Shown in pieces: positions 1-12,325 of a stretch of DNA of 64,000 nucleotides. Origin of the DNA: Eledone cirrhosa (lineage: Eukaryota). The position numbers and the translations under genes were made by a program. Where the stretch lies: assembly GCA_964016885.1 (NCBI GenBank), contig OZ024740.1, forward strand, positions 220,410,001 to 220,474,000. Direction: 5' to 3'. The notes under the pieces are model-generated. The model had not been told where the DNA came from. It worked only from the letters and a program-made list of their open reading frames with translations, and ran no database searches. Every line of letters begins with the position of its first letter. The first letter of the stretch is position 1.

Positions 1-3000
1 CAAAGTTATAACCAGTCAATTCATCAGAGCTTGTGAGAATGAAAGGAATATACAGGCATGGCTACTATATATAGTAGTAATGGCATTCAATCAGAACAAT
101 AACAACAATACTAACAATGCTATCAATAAATTATTTGAAATAATCACAACATCAATCTAGGTGGGAAGTATAGTATATCTACGATTTTAGCGTGTAAGAC
201 TAGCTGACATGAGGCAGATGTATAAAATTGACATGTAAAAGCTGTCATGGGGTGTATTATATATAGTGTAAAGATAAGCCGGGGGCTTTAAACAATGTAG
301 GTCTGGTGGCCGTAAGAATCATTTATTATCTGACAGATGAAGAATTTATCACTGTAGTGAGGATAGTAATATTTGTGTGGTCTATATTAGATGAAAGGGT
401 TGTCAATCTTTCTCATCATCAATAACATACATGTATAAGACAACATTAACAGAGTAGCAATATAATAGGCAAGTTAATACAGAGGTTAAGGAGGCAATAT
501 ATATATATATATATATATAAAGAGAAAACATGCTGACTACAATTATAACAGGAGGAAGGTAAAGTTCTGCTGTAGTAGTATTTTGAAATGTTCTTGGATT
601 TAGGTTCATTTGTTGAGAGTCAAGGGTGAGTAAGTTGTGTTGACAGCAGCTGAGAAGAGATATATTTATGGGTTGATAAGGTACTTACAGACATTAGTGT
701 GGTATAGAATTAAGAAGGCTAGAATGTACTTAATGATTATATTTCTGTGGTGGTTCGTGCAGTATAGTGGGTATCCTAAGTTGAAAGCTAAGTTACGTCG
801 GTTCGATTCACGGAGGCTTAAATCTTGTGAATTTAGTGGCGATCCTGTGTCTGCAGAAGATTGATCTTTCTAACTTGTTGTTGAGTAGCCTTTTTACATT
901 TCTAAGGATATATAGTAATTCTAGATCACAGAGCCTACAGTGGGACATACCGGTACTGTAGGTCTTTGCAGCTGACAACCTCGACCAGTTGATACTGTAG
1001 TTGGTGTTATTGTCCTTAAGTTCCCAGATTTTTGGGGCGAGGGTTGTAGAACCCATAAGTGCATGATTTTTCATCGAGTGTCTGTGCACATACCATCTTT
1101 TTTTAAAAGTACCTGCGGTGGATCCAATGTAATGCCAAGTGGAGTTGTCTGAGTTGACCGTACATATGTACACTAGGCTCGAATCAAGGCATCTATTTGC
1201 CAATGGGCACCTATCCGGTAGGTGACAGTTACAGTTTGAGGTGTTATTTCGTGCAGCTTCCACACTGCTATAAGTGGGTTGTGATTCATGCCCGTTGGGG
1301 TTTTGCTGCTGCGTGCTTGTATGCGGTTGTGATACTGTGATGTGTTTATGTTTATAATTTGGTGCTATGTTGCGCATAGATGGGGCGGATTCCATAGAGG
1401 TATTTCTATGGTTGATCTTGCGTATGTGCGATTCTATATTTGCTGCCGTAGAGCATGAGAGTTTTATAGTTTTTCTATTGAGTATTTTATGATATCTGTG
1501 TGAAATAGGGAAGTGTTTATCTATTAGTTTAAAGAATGTAGAAGGCAGTCTAGTTTTTACAAGAGTTGAAGATTGGATTGAACCATAGGTATTTTCTTTC
1601 TCTGATTCTTCTATTGTTTCTAGGGTTTACATTATTGGTGTTTGGACCGCTTACTCTAGGTGCTACGTGCCTAACTCTATGTCTAGTCCTGTTACCTCTA
1701 TTTTTGTGTGAGCGGTTGGTGTAATTGCTAGTAGGTTTGTTTAAGTTGTCTTTATTCGCTATATACTGCAGTTTATCTTTATGTCCAGCCCTATGTAATG
1801 CTGCTTTATAATAGTTAGCATGTTCATTAAAAATTTCTAGGTTTGAGGATAAGCGGGATATTCTAAGGAATATACTACGTGCTATGGATCTGATTATGGA
1901 TTTGGGGTGGTTTGAGTTATAACTAATGTAGGCCAGATTCTCATTATTTTTGTGGAAGGGTTCTATTAATCCCGTATTTAGATTTAGAGTCACATCTAGA
2001 AAGTTTACCCTCTTATGGTTCAGTTCGTAGGTAATACTTAGGCCTAGTTTTTTTAAGAATGTTCTAATGTTTTTTCTTAATCTTTCCATGCTCTGGTTGT
2101 TTAAGTTCCTAGCTATAAGGAGTGTGTCGTCTTTATAAATCCCTCCTTGGAGGTTACTGAATTCCTTATGTAGGTTGTGTGCTATAAATAGCCCCACGAC
2201 GTCAGTGATTTGCGCAGAGTCATTTGATCCCATTGTGATATCGAAGCTGTTTATCCTATCTCTTCTTACCCAATAGCTATTTTCAAATTTTATGATAGTC
2301 CTTCTAGCCGCTATTATTATTTCAATTTCCTCAGAGGTAAGATCAGAGTTATTTTGGGCAAATATAAGCGCTTTATCTAGGGTGGCTGGGGATATGGATG
2401 CATAGTAGTCATTTATATCAAATTGTATGAAGTTACATGTCTCCCTATTTCGTATTTTATTGAACCATTCAATCGCCTCGTTAGTGTTACCCCATAAATT
2501 GATTTCTAGTTTACCCTTTATTTGTGCGATTACCCTATCTAGAATGTTCTTGCTAATTTTACCTATATCTGACTTAGATGGGCATATTAATCTAATAGTA
2601 GGGTTTGTTTCAAAATTATTTTTGTGATCCTTCAGGTTAAATGTGGGGTTGCATGGGGTTAGAGGCTCGGTCCTATCAGGTATTCCAAGTTTATTTACTA
2701 TCCTTTACATGTCAATTTTATACATCTGCCTCATGTCAGCTAGTCTTACACGCTAAAATCGTAGATATACTATACTTCCCACCTAGATTGATGTTGTGAT
2801 TATTTCAAATAATTTATTGATAGCATTGTTAGTATTGTTGTTATTGTTCTGATTGAATGCCATTACTACTATATATAGTAGCCATGCCTGTATATTCCTT
2901 TCATTCTCACAAGCTCTGATGAATTGACTGGTTATAACTTTGTATTGGTGATCGAATAACGTGAAAACAAGCGGGTAGCGATCTCTAGACCTACCAGTTC

Positions 3001-3071
3001 AGAGAAACAATTGTCAGCAATGAGATTAAAAACCTTTTTTGTATAGCAAACCGTGTCACTCTTCTTTCCTG

Positions 3072-3075
<4 letters not shown>
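1..3075 (-). mobile_element. Penelope-like retroelement (Naiad-like), 5'-truncated, RT + GIY-YIG, with inverted pseudo-LTR
   Basis: Minus frame ~2700-1550 encodes RT (LKDHK..RLICPSK, FDINDYY, MGSNDSA, YKDD). After a frameshift near 1562 it continues KHFP...NRKTIKLS, CNC..CPL..C, YIGST..FKKRW, CRLC, CRH to the stop at 808. Bases 1-239 are the reverse complement of 2704-2942. Confidence 0.92.
2905..3025 (+). ncRNA. Type I hammerhead ribozyme in the inverted pseudo-LTR, long stem II
   Basis: CTGATGA 2916-2922; GAAA 3004-3007; C-AATT-G-TC (cleavage after C3015); stem I gct/agc plus tctca/tgaga; stem II ttgactggt/accagttcag. Confidence 0.75.
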
Positions 3076-3109
<34 letters not shown>

Positions 3110-3497
3110 CAGTCCTCACCGGAGCAAGACGTGACATGGCCAGGCTTGCCCCCCAGCGTGGACAACCCATCTAACGCATGCAAGCATGGAAGAATGGACG
3201 CTAAATGGTGGTGATGATGATGATATATATATATATCCTCATCATCGTTTAACATCTTATTTTCCATGCTTGCATGGAATAGGCGACCAGTTGGCCGTAC
3301 ATATATATATGTATATATGCGTGCACACACACAACAGGCTTCATACAAATTTCTGTTTACCAAAAGCTATAGTAGAAAACACTAGCCTAAGGTGAGATAG
3401 AGTCTAAAACCACATAGTTGCGAAGCAAAGTTCTTGACTGCACAGCCATACATAATTTCAAATTTTAAAGATTAATGTAATTTATTAAAAAACTTAC

Positions 3498-3586
3498 TTT
3501 GTTCTCTTATTCTTACAGTGGGTTGCAACAGATCTCTTACAAGATTCCTTGAATTTAAAACTGAATCGATAGTCTTTCAAAAGTAT
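3498..3586 (-). CDS. GLG1: GLG1 exon (ILLKDYRFSFKFKESCKRSVATHCKNKRTK), most 3' exon found; gene continues left of the window
   Basis: tttgtag|...|gtaag; 89 nt; KDYRFSFKFK motif. Confidence 0.92.
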
Positions 3587-4396
3587 CTACAAACAGAAAT
3601 ACACATAAATTGATTCAAATAATTATTGAAATTTGATAAAATAATTTTTCTCAAGTAAATGACAATATTTTTGAAAATCTTAATACACTGTATACACACA
3701 AGTGTTTTAAGATCATTTTCCCTATTAAAGCATGTTAGCCTTGACACAGGATACTTTTTAAGGCAATGTTTCACAACTAGGTGCTCTTTCTGAGACCAAT
3801 CCTTTTAGTTACCTCTTGAAACACATGAATACAGTGTACATATTCTTAACAGGATGCACACAAAAATATACTGTAAATACTCATTTATAAATAAATCACA
3901 CCTTTTCTCATGAAAATAAGATAGAAAAATAAACATGCAACTTATCTACTGGGCCTTCAAAACTTCAGTTCAAATACGAGTTAGATTTATCGATTTACCA
4001 TGCCCTCAAAGGTTAAACAAAACCCAGAACTTATCCTGGTTTCATGGACATTAAGCAACTGAGAGTACAACTGCCAACTGTCAATAGTATTAATTTTTCA
4101 GCTGAGTGTATTGGAACAATGTGAAATGAAGTGCCTTGCTTAAGGAAAGACATCGCCTTACCTGGGAATTGAACCTATGATCTTATATGCAAGTATATAC
4201 ATGTGTGTGTGTAAAGCCTTTCAATCATGATTTTATTTAGATACCTTTGTTAAGTAAATAATGAGAAAGTTTGTTATATTACTAAATCCCTCCAAATTCT
4301 TTATTATTTTTTTTAATAATTTAAAGATCCAAGACTGTCTTTCATTAGAAATATTTTAACGAAAGGCTTAAAATTAAGAAATTATAAATAACTTAC

Positions 4397-4510
4397 CAGT
4401 TGATGGTGTTCAACGCCAGCACCACATTTTCTATTCATATCCTGATGGTGTTTGTGTTCAATTAAACAATCCATTACTTCAGATGGATCAACATCATTAT
4501 CCAACTGGTC
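4397..4510 (-). CDS. GLG1: GLG1 exon (DQLDNDVDPSEVMDCLIEHKHHQDMNRKCGAGVEHHQL)
   Basis: tttaag|...|gtaag; 114 nt, phase 0/0. Confidence 0.93.
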
Positions 4511-5637
4511 CTTAAATTAAATAAATATTTAATTAAGTTCTACTCAAGCCTAAATTATTAAAACTGATGTATATATCATTGTTAAGGCCACTTTCCAGGC
4601 CCTCATAAGTTGATTGGGTTGTCATGACCCAAGTTAGTTCTGATTCTGATTTACTGCCCTCCTAGATGGATTGCAGGACTACATCTTACTCATATATTCC
4701 ATTTTTATAGATGGTACCAGAAATATGAGGTTATCAAATGACTGAAGAGTCTTCTCTACCCTTTTTCCTAGCATAGTTTCTACAGCTGGATACCCTTCCT
4801 AACACCATCCACTTTATAGAGTGTACTGGATGCATTTTATCACAACACCAGCACTTGTGAGGTTGTCATTTTCTTAACATGACAGAAGGTCTCTCTACAC
4901 TTTTCCAGCATTGTTTCTGTGGCCCTTCCTAACACCAAGCACTTTACAGAATGTACTGGGTTCATTTTATCATGGCACCAGCACTAGTAGGGCTGTCTTG
5001 AATCTTACAAAACTAAAGTGTACTCACTACTCAACATTGCCTCAAAAACAAAAGAATTATTTTGATGAACTGTGGAGATCTAAGAATTAGTTGTTGGATT
5101 ATTTTAGTTTCATATGGATACTTGTTTGCATAATGTTTTTGTTCAAACAACCTTTTTACAGCTAGGTACCATTCCTACAGCTAACAACTCAACTCTGAAA
5201 CATCACGTGGAACCAGTCTGTATTTCTGACCGGTAAACTGGAGCAAGCAAATGCAATAAAGGTTACAAACACATAGGCATAGCGTCAGTCATCCAACATC
5301 TTAACCTCTCAACTATTCATGTAAAAAATTAACACTGAATTGGTACATTATTTTTTTCAACCCATAAAAGATGAAAAGCAAAATTCACCTCAGCAAGCTA
5401 TGAATTCAGAGCAGAGAGAGCTGGAACAAATGCTGCAAGATATTTTCTCCTAAGCTATAACAACTAAACCAATTTTCCACCTGTTGCAGAATACAAACTA
5501 ATAACCCCACCCCACCCCTCAGCTGATTGCTCAAAAAGTCTGTCACAGATAAGGCACCCTTTACCAAGTTCTTCATTAAGATAGCATTTATTACTATATT
5601 ATTCTATTATGAGTTCCAGCTGAAAGGCTGAGGCCAT

Positions 5638-5979
5638 TCATCATCATCCTCATCATCATCATTTTACGTCCACTTTTCCCTGCTTGCAAGGGTGGGACGG
5701 GAACTGATTCTGGCTTGATTTCTACAGCTGGATGCCCTTCCGTTAGGAAGGGCATTTTTAAAGTGAGTGCTGGTGCTTTTTTGCCGTGGCACCTCCACGA
5801 CCACTTTGCAGTGGAATGGACCCCAGTCCCTATCATCTCATTTCTACAGCTGAGTAAACTGGAGCAATGTGAAATAAAGTGTCTTGCTCAAGGAAACAAC
5901 ACATCACCCGGTCTGAGAATTGAACTCACAACCTTTCGATTGCAAGGCCAATGCTCTAACCACTAAGCCATGTGCCTCC
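5638..5979 (-). mobile_element. Full-length tRNA-headed SINE with RTE-type (GAT)n tail
   Basis: Near-identical reverse complement of 37248-37586. Confidence 0.85.
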
Positions 5980-6015
5980 ATTATCATTATGAAATAATAA
6001 TAAAAAAAAGCTTAC

Positions 6016-6165
6016 TTCACAGAACTTTTTAATCATAGGTGTACATGCTCGAATGAGGATGGCATCCAACTCAATATTTTCATCTTCATCTTCAGTAAAG
6101 GTACGTACAGCTTCTTGACAATCATCAGGTAATTTCTCATAATTATCTTGTAAACATCGTACTTC
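6016..6165 (-). CDS. GLG1: GLG1 exon (EVRCLQDNYEKLPDDCQEAV...LIRACTPMIKKFCE)
   Basis: ttccag|...|gtaag; 150 nt, phase 0/0. Confidence 0.93.
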
Positions 6166-6249
6166 CTGGAAGATAGAAAGAAAATATAAACAAATTTAAA
6201 ATTCTAAATACTATGTAGCATTCAGTAATCATAAGAAGAGAGGTAGGTA

Positions 6250-6700
6250 AAAGTCAAACTCACTATATTCAATTCAGTATTCATGCCAACTCTTAACTAG
6301 GGTCATGAATCTTGGGTAATGACCAAAAGAATATGACCGCGAATAAAAACAGCTGAAATGGGGTTCCTCCGAAGGGTTTGTGGAGTAACATTACACGATA
6401 GTGCATAGCTCGGAGATCAGAGTGTCACTCCAGGAAGAGCTGCTACTTCTCCAAATTGAGAGACCACAGCTCTGATACTATGAGCATGTGGTTAGAATGT
6501 CTCAGGAAAGAATCGCTTGACAGATTTTACAGGCAAAAACAACAAGCAGGAGATTCAGGAGTCAACCCCGAGCAAGATGGTTGGATAACATCCATGAGCT
6601 TGGCTGGCTTTGCTTGGGGATCCAGCCAGATCAGTTGGAAATGGTTGCTTTTAACAGGACCTGCTGGACTCTGCTCACTTATTTCTGAGAGGGTTGTGAG
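6250..6700 (+). mobile_element. Degraded RTE LINE 3' fragment
   Basis: GHESWVMTK..AEMGFLRR motif; same family as 36352-36818. Confidence 0.7.
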
Positions 6701-7395
6701 GTCAAAGAATGTTTACGAATTAATATTTGAAAGCCTTTGGCTATAAATTTTAAAGATGATGATTGTCATCTTTACCTTGTTCCAGCAGAAGCAAGGGGAA
6801 ACAACCGACAGCTGTTTCTGATTCACTGACGATTATCAAGGCTATGCACCCCCCCCCCCTCCCTGCTTCTTACTGGAACTTAAAATAAGCCAAAAATTTT
6901 AGCAAATCCTGAAAATACAAGGATGCCAGTTTGTTGCAGGGTTAACCCCTAGCTACTGGGGATACATGCTTTTTCAGTTGAGTGAACTTGAGCAACATGA
7001 AATTGACCTTTTTCGTAACAAATTGGCTGAAACCACCCTCTGTTCTACAATACAAACTGCTTTAAAGTGATTGTATTTATCTAAAACCTTTCCATCATAG
7101 TTTTATGTAAAAACATTTGTTATACTCCAAACACCAGCTTAACAACAAGAAAGTTAGTTATATTACTAAATTCCTTAACATTCTTGATTATTTTCATTGG
7201 AAACATGGTAAGGAAAACATTAAATGCTTTGCTCAAACACAATGAATTGTCTGGTCCAAGAATCAAACCCATGACCTTATAATTGTGAGCCCAACACCCT
7301 AACCACTTGGCCACATGCCTTCACTAAGGTATATTGCTATAAACAAAATAGAGAACTCCAATCAAGTAAATACAAAGTACAATCCATATTCTCAC

Positions 7396-7533
7396 CTGTC
7401 CTTTTTCAATGTCAAATGAACAATACTGTCCCAAGCTTTGCAGACAAGCATTTTGAATTGAAGGCATTAAGTTTACACTGTGTGCCCTCTGCCTCATAAC
7501 ACGCTTAATTTCATGTTTACATGCACGTGAAAC
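7396..7533 (-). CDS. GLG1: GLG1 exon (VSRACKHEIKRVMRQRAHSVNLMPSIQNACLQSLGQYCSFDIEKGQ)
   Basis: tagcag|...|gtgag; 138 nt, phase 0/0. Confidence 0.93.
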
Positions 7534-8954
7534 CTGCTAAATAAATTTAAAATATCATTACTACAATATATCTTTTTAAAGAAAATGTGGAGCAATGCTC
7601 TTTTTCAATACACACAAACACATAATGTTAACATTTTAATCCTGACAATGTAAGATTAAATATCTTCAATTACCTGTTAATTTAGAAGCATTGGGGAAAT
7701 TTGAAATGTAATTGCCCCAATGCAGATGACCACAATAATGGTCTATCATTATAAATAATACTGGAGATGAAAACATGTGGTGAGAAGAGCGGAAAGACAT
7801 GAGAGCATGGTGAGAAGAGCGGAAAGACATGAGAGCATGGTGGAAGTGGCAGCTGAAAGAGTGGAAGGTGAGAGAGAATGAGAGCAAGTGCCAGGTCCTG
7901 GAGACAGAAGAATTGGTAGCTCAATGTTGGGGGGGTTAGTTCCTTAATATTGATGGGTACATAGAGGGTCAGGATACTCATCTTTTTATGTGTAGGCAGC
8001 ATTGTACTTAGATAAGGACGTGGGGAAAGGCCCCAAGGTGGAGAATCAAGAGAAAGAGGACATATTAGCAGGGAGAGCAGGGAATCTAAATGCCCATATA
8101 ACTCAGCCCTTACACTACAATCCTTCCTATGCATGTCTCATCCTGTTCACATAGGAGGATAGGCTTTTGGTGTATTGCAAATTGCCAGTCGACTCAATCT
8201 TGTGTTATCTCCTCTGTGAGGTCAGCCTTCACCATTTCGTCCCATGTTTTCCTAGGTCTTCCTCATCCACAAGTTCCCTCCTTGATTCTTGCAATTCTTT
8301 ATGCAGCCATCATTCTCTATACATCATATGTCCAATGCAACCTCCTCTTTTAACGAAAAAGTTATATTACTAAACTCCAGATTATTTACAAAATTATTTG
8401 AAAATCATAGGCAATGTCTTTCATCAGAATTATGTTGCTGCGATAAAACATGCCCAGCCCACTCTGTAAAGTGGTAGTGCTGGTGCCATAATAGAAAACA
8501 CCTAGTTCACTCTATAAGGTGGTAGTGCTGATGCCACAATAAAAAACAGCCAGTATATATAGTAAAGTAGTTGGCATTAAGAAGAGGCATCCAACCATAT
8601 AAACCAGGGATTCTCAAACTTTTGGGGCCACCGCCCCCATCACGGCCACAAAATACCCTCAACACCCCCCAACCCTATTTCCGGCGAGACCTGCCTACAT
8701 GTAAATTATAAATAATAATCTATATATAAAAAACAGAAGATGTCTGTTTGTGTAACCGCATGCATTTCTACATTTTACAACCGATTTGCACCAAATTTCA
8801 TACATAGGTTTCTGAAGTCCTATTACGCGTCATAGGTTATTTTTCCATACATCGATTGTGGGGGCCCCCAGGGGCATGTAGCCCCCTTAAGCCTCTCCCT
8901 TCGACTTATCTATTGAAGTTCACATTAACCTGATAACTTTTGAAGTTTACGTTC

Positions 8955-9360
8955 GATCTTCGTTTTCACTTTCAAAACAACAATCATCGTCGGATGAAAT
9001 TTCAGAAATGTAAACATCTGATTCATTTGAAGATAAATCACTAATATTATCTTTTGTTTCTTGTTTATTCTGAATGTCGTTGTGTGTAAAAACTTGAAAG
9101 TCGGTATCGCTACTTTCATAAGCCATGTTGATACAAACAAAAAATCTGTTCTACTGTCAACGTTAAAAAAACACGTTGTTTTAAGTTGTTTCACTATATT
9201 AAGTGTTAATTTTCGCGGTAAGGGCCTAATCTCGCAGTAATCTAGAATTGACGAGATTTTGATGACGGTATTGTTTATTTTTAGAACGATATTTAAGTGT
9301 GGGTGTTACGGCGGTTTTGGGCGGTTTGAACAAATGAAGGGGAAATAATTTCGGCCGGTT
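8955..9360 (-). mobile_element. piggyBac left-region fragment inside the Helitron
   Basis: Similar to ~25810-26180 of the complete copy; terminal TIR absent. Confidence 0.8.
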
Positions 9361-9595
9361 AAAGGAGGTTTAGTTAATGTGTTTATGGTCATAAGGTTCC
9401 AGTTTATCATGCTGTGATTTTTCTGCCATTTTTGCCTGTATCCTTTCAATGGTTAGTACTTACTGCGTTGCCCCTAACTTAAAACCTGAAATTTGACTGG
9501 TACACAAAATCTTGCAAAACATACCCACTTTCTCAGACCACATAGATTTATCACATTTTTTCACAATTTATATCCGTGTTTTTTTGCTTACTTAA

Positions 9596-10424
9596 GCCTT
9601 TAGCATTCGCATTAATTTTCAAATATCATGCTTATCTGTTCGCATTATTTTCAGTTAATCGTACTCAAGAGGGTTATCAATTTTATTTGTTTGTAATTTT
9701 CTTAATTTTCTATGTGCAGACTTGAAATTTTGACAGTAGATGTTTAAATATCAATAATTTACAATTATATAATTTTACCTGATTTTTTTGGTCAAATTTG
9801 ACTTTTATGAGCAGGTGAAATTAATTAATAGGGGCATTTGAAGTATCAACCAGGTGCAAATACTGGTTTAATTTTAAATACGTTGTTTTCAGCATAATAC
9901 TTGATATATAAGAATCACTAAACCTTATATCAGTGTTCCAGTAATTCCACAGTCTTGGAAATTGTTTTATACCGAACATAATATTTATGGTAAAAAATGC
10001 TTGCATTTCCGCAGCATCTGTCGGTCGCCAAACAGATCGAACTTTCCTCGATTTGAAATCTGTTGTTGGGCATATCAATTAATCTCTTCTGCCATAGCTT
10101 CGAAGAAAGTTTGTGGTAAAATCAAAAAGAAATAATCCAGTGCTTTAGCATCGGGAGCTAACGTGTGTTGTGGACCAGTAATTTGAATAAAATCGGGAAC
10201 ATATATTAGTGTGGTATTTTTCAACCATGTTGCTGAAATATTTTCAATGGCGCCCTGGAGTCTCCTTCGTTTTCACTTTCAAAATAATCACCGTCGGACG
10301 AAATTTCAGAAATATAAACATCAGATTCATTTGAAGATAAATCAATATTATCGTTTGTTTCTTGTTTATTCTGAATGTTGTCGTGTGTAAAAACTTCAAA
10401 GTCAGTATCGCTACTTTCATAAGC
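9596..10424 (-). mobile_element. piggyBac deletion derivative (right end plus 5' part of transposase) inside the Helitron
   Basis: ttaa|gcctttagcattc end; ORFs 9821..10078 and 10221..10445 match the 25274..25981 protein. Confidence 0.85.
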
Positions 10425-11637
10425 CTGGAGGTATGGGCAAAACATTTGTAATCAAACTTTTACTCGCTGCAGTGAGGCAACATGAAAACATCGCATTGGC
10501 CATGGCTTCTTCCGGCATTGCAGCAACTTTGTTGACTGGTGGCAAGACGGCCCCTTCTGCCTTCAGTCTTCCTCTCAACGTGGCATCATCTGAGACACCC
10601 ACGTGCAAAATCAGCAAGTCTTCCGGAAAAACGCTGCCTACTAATTGGGACGAATGCACAATGGCTCACAGGGCGGCTTTCGAGGCATTAGACCGGTCAA
10701 TCAGAGACATCAGGGACTGTCAAGAACCAATGGGAGGTGTCACTTTCCGGTTATCTGGGGACTTCCGACAGACTCTGCCTGTAATCCCAAAAGGTACACG
10801 GGCTGATGAGGTTGGTGCATGCCTTAAGGCTTCCCCACTTTGGCGTTATGTAAGAAAGCTGAGGCTTACAAAAAACATGAGCACAACTGCAAGGTGATGA
10901 GACATCACCGGGTTTTGCTGCTGCCATTTTGTTGTTGAGAGATGGCAAAGTCCCACTCGACAGAGACGGTGCAGCGGACTTATAGGGATTTGCAGATGCG
11001 TTAAGATGAGTTACGGAAGTCTGTTTTTCCAAATCAAGAGTGGTTGTGTGAACGTGCAATATTGGCTTCGAAAAAACCACATAGTTGGAAACATCAATGA
11101 ACAGCTCATGCTGTGCTTGCCTGGAAACCTGCACGTCTACAAGTCCCTTGACTCTATGGCTGATCCAAACAAAGTTGTTAATTACCCCACAGAATTTCTT
11201 AACTCCCTAAACCCTCCCGGATTGCCACCACACTTACTGCGACTTAAGAAAGGTGCCCCTGTCATGCTCCTCAGAAATTTGGAACCCCGAAGGCTTTCCA
11301 AAGGCACGCGTCTGGTCATCCAAAAGGCGATGGCTCATGTTATTGATGTGGTAAGGGGGATACTGTCTTCATACCAAGAACACCTCTCATTCCATCCGGT
11401 AAAGACATTCCTTTCACATTCAGAAGGCTGCAATTCCCTCTCCGACTCAGTTTCGCCATGTCGATTAACAAATAACAGAGTCAGACGCTGACGGTCGTAG
11501 GGCTTAATTTAGAAGAACCGTGCTTCTCCCATGGTCAACTATATGTTGGCTGTTCTCGAGTGGGGAGCCGACATAAGCTATTTGCTTTTGCAGCTCGCGA
11601 GAAAACCCAAAATATAGTCTATAAGGAAGTTTTGTAA
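10424..11637 (+). pseudogene. Helitron PIF1-family helicase C-terminal remnant, frameshifted
   Basis: PGGMGKTF (Walker A), ASSGIAATLL, WDECTM, GDFRQTLPV, GLPPHLLRLKKGAPVMLLRNL, FSHGQLYVGCSRV, TQNIVYKEVL*. Confidence 0.92.
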
Positions 11638-12025
11638 GGCACCCCATCCGCCCACAGGTAATCGCTGTTTTTTTTTTTTTTTGGTGTAAGTGCTTACATT
11701 TGCTGTATCCGTGTGCTATTTTTGACCTTTTGAAAATAATACATACACCTCTGAGGTTGCTTTTTGCTATACGTTATAAATGTTCAATGTCTCCGTTTTC
11801 CGCATTTATATGTTGCTATTACACTTTGCTGATGATGTTCAGTAGTTTTAACCCAATTAATCTACTTTTCCCTACATCTTATTTACACATTTTTTTTACA
11901 TTCCAGCGTGATCTTGCCAAGGCCGTTTTTGTGGCCACCGACTGTTACATGCTTTTCTAGGTTACAATCTCAAATAACAAGCAAAGCAAATTCGACACAC
12001 CAAAGTGGTGTGAAGGACTTCTTAA

Positions 12026-12325
12026 GGGCCACCACCTCTAATCGGAGTCGTCTTTGCTGACAGCTCTGCCGCTGAGACTTTTAAGAGTGAACGATCCAAG
12101 GCCCTCTTCAGGGCCACCAAGTTTAAATTGTTACCATCGGATTCATCTTTGCTGGCAGCACCACCGCTGAGATATTTCAAAGTGAACGTTAAAAGGTCCT
12201 CTTCAGAGCCACCAACTATAAATTGTTACCATCGGATTCGTCTTTGCTGGCAGCACTGCCGCAGAGATATTTCAAAGTGAACGTTCAAAGGCCATCTTTA
12301 GGGCCAACACCTATAAATTGTTACT
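12026..12325. repeat. About 3 copies of a 95-bp tandem repeat in the Helitron 3' region
   Basis: gggccaccaa-like starts at 12026, 12111, 12206 and 12301. Confidence 0.85.

Noticed and set aside
808-1395. Selenocysteine recoding (in-frame TGA plus SECIS), reported for some Naiad elements
   Set aside because: The endonuclease ORF has no in-frame TGA and no SECIS was recognised
10433-11491. Host PIF1 helicase gene
   Set aside because: Intronless, frameshifted and enclosed by Helitron termini
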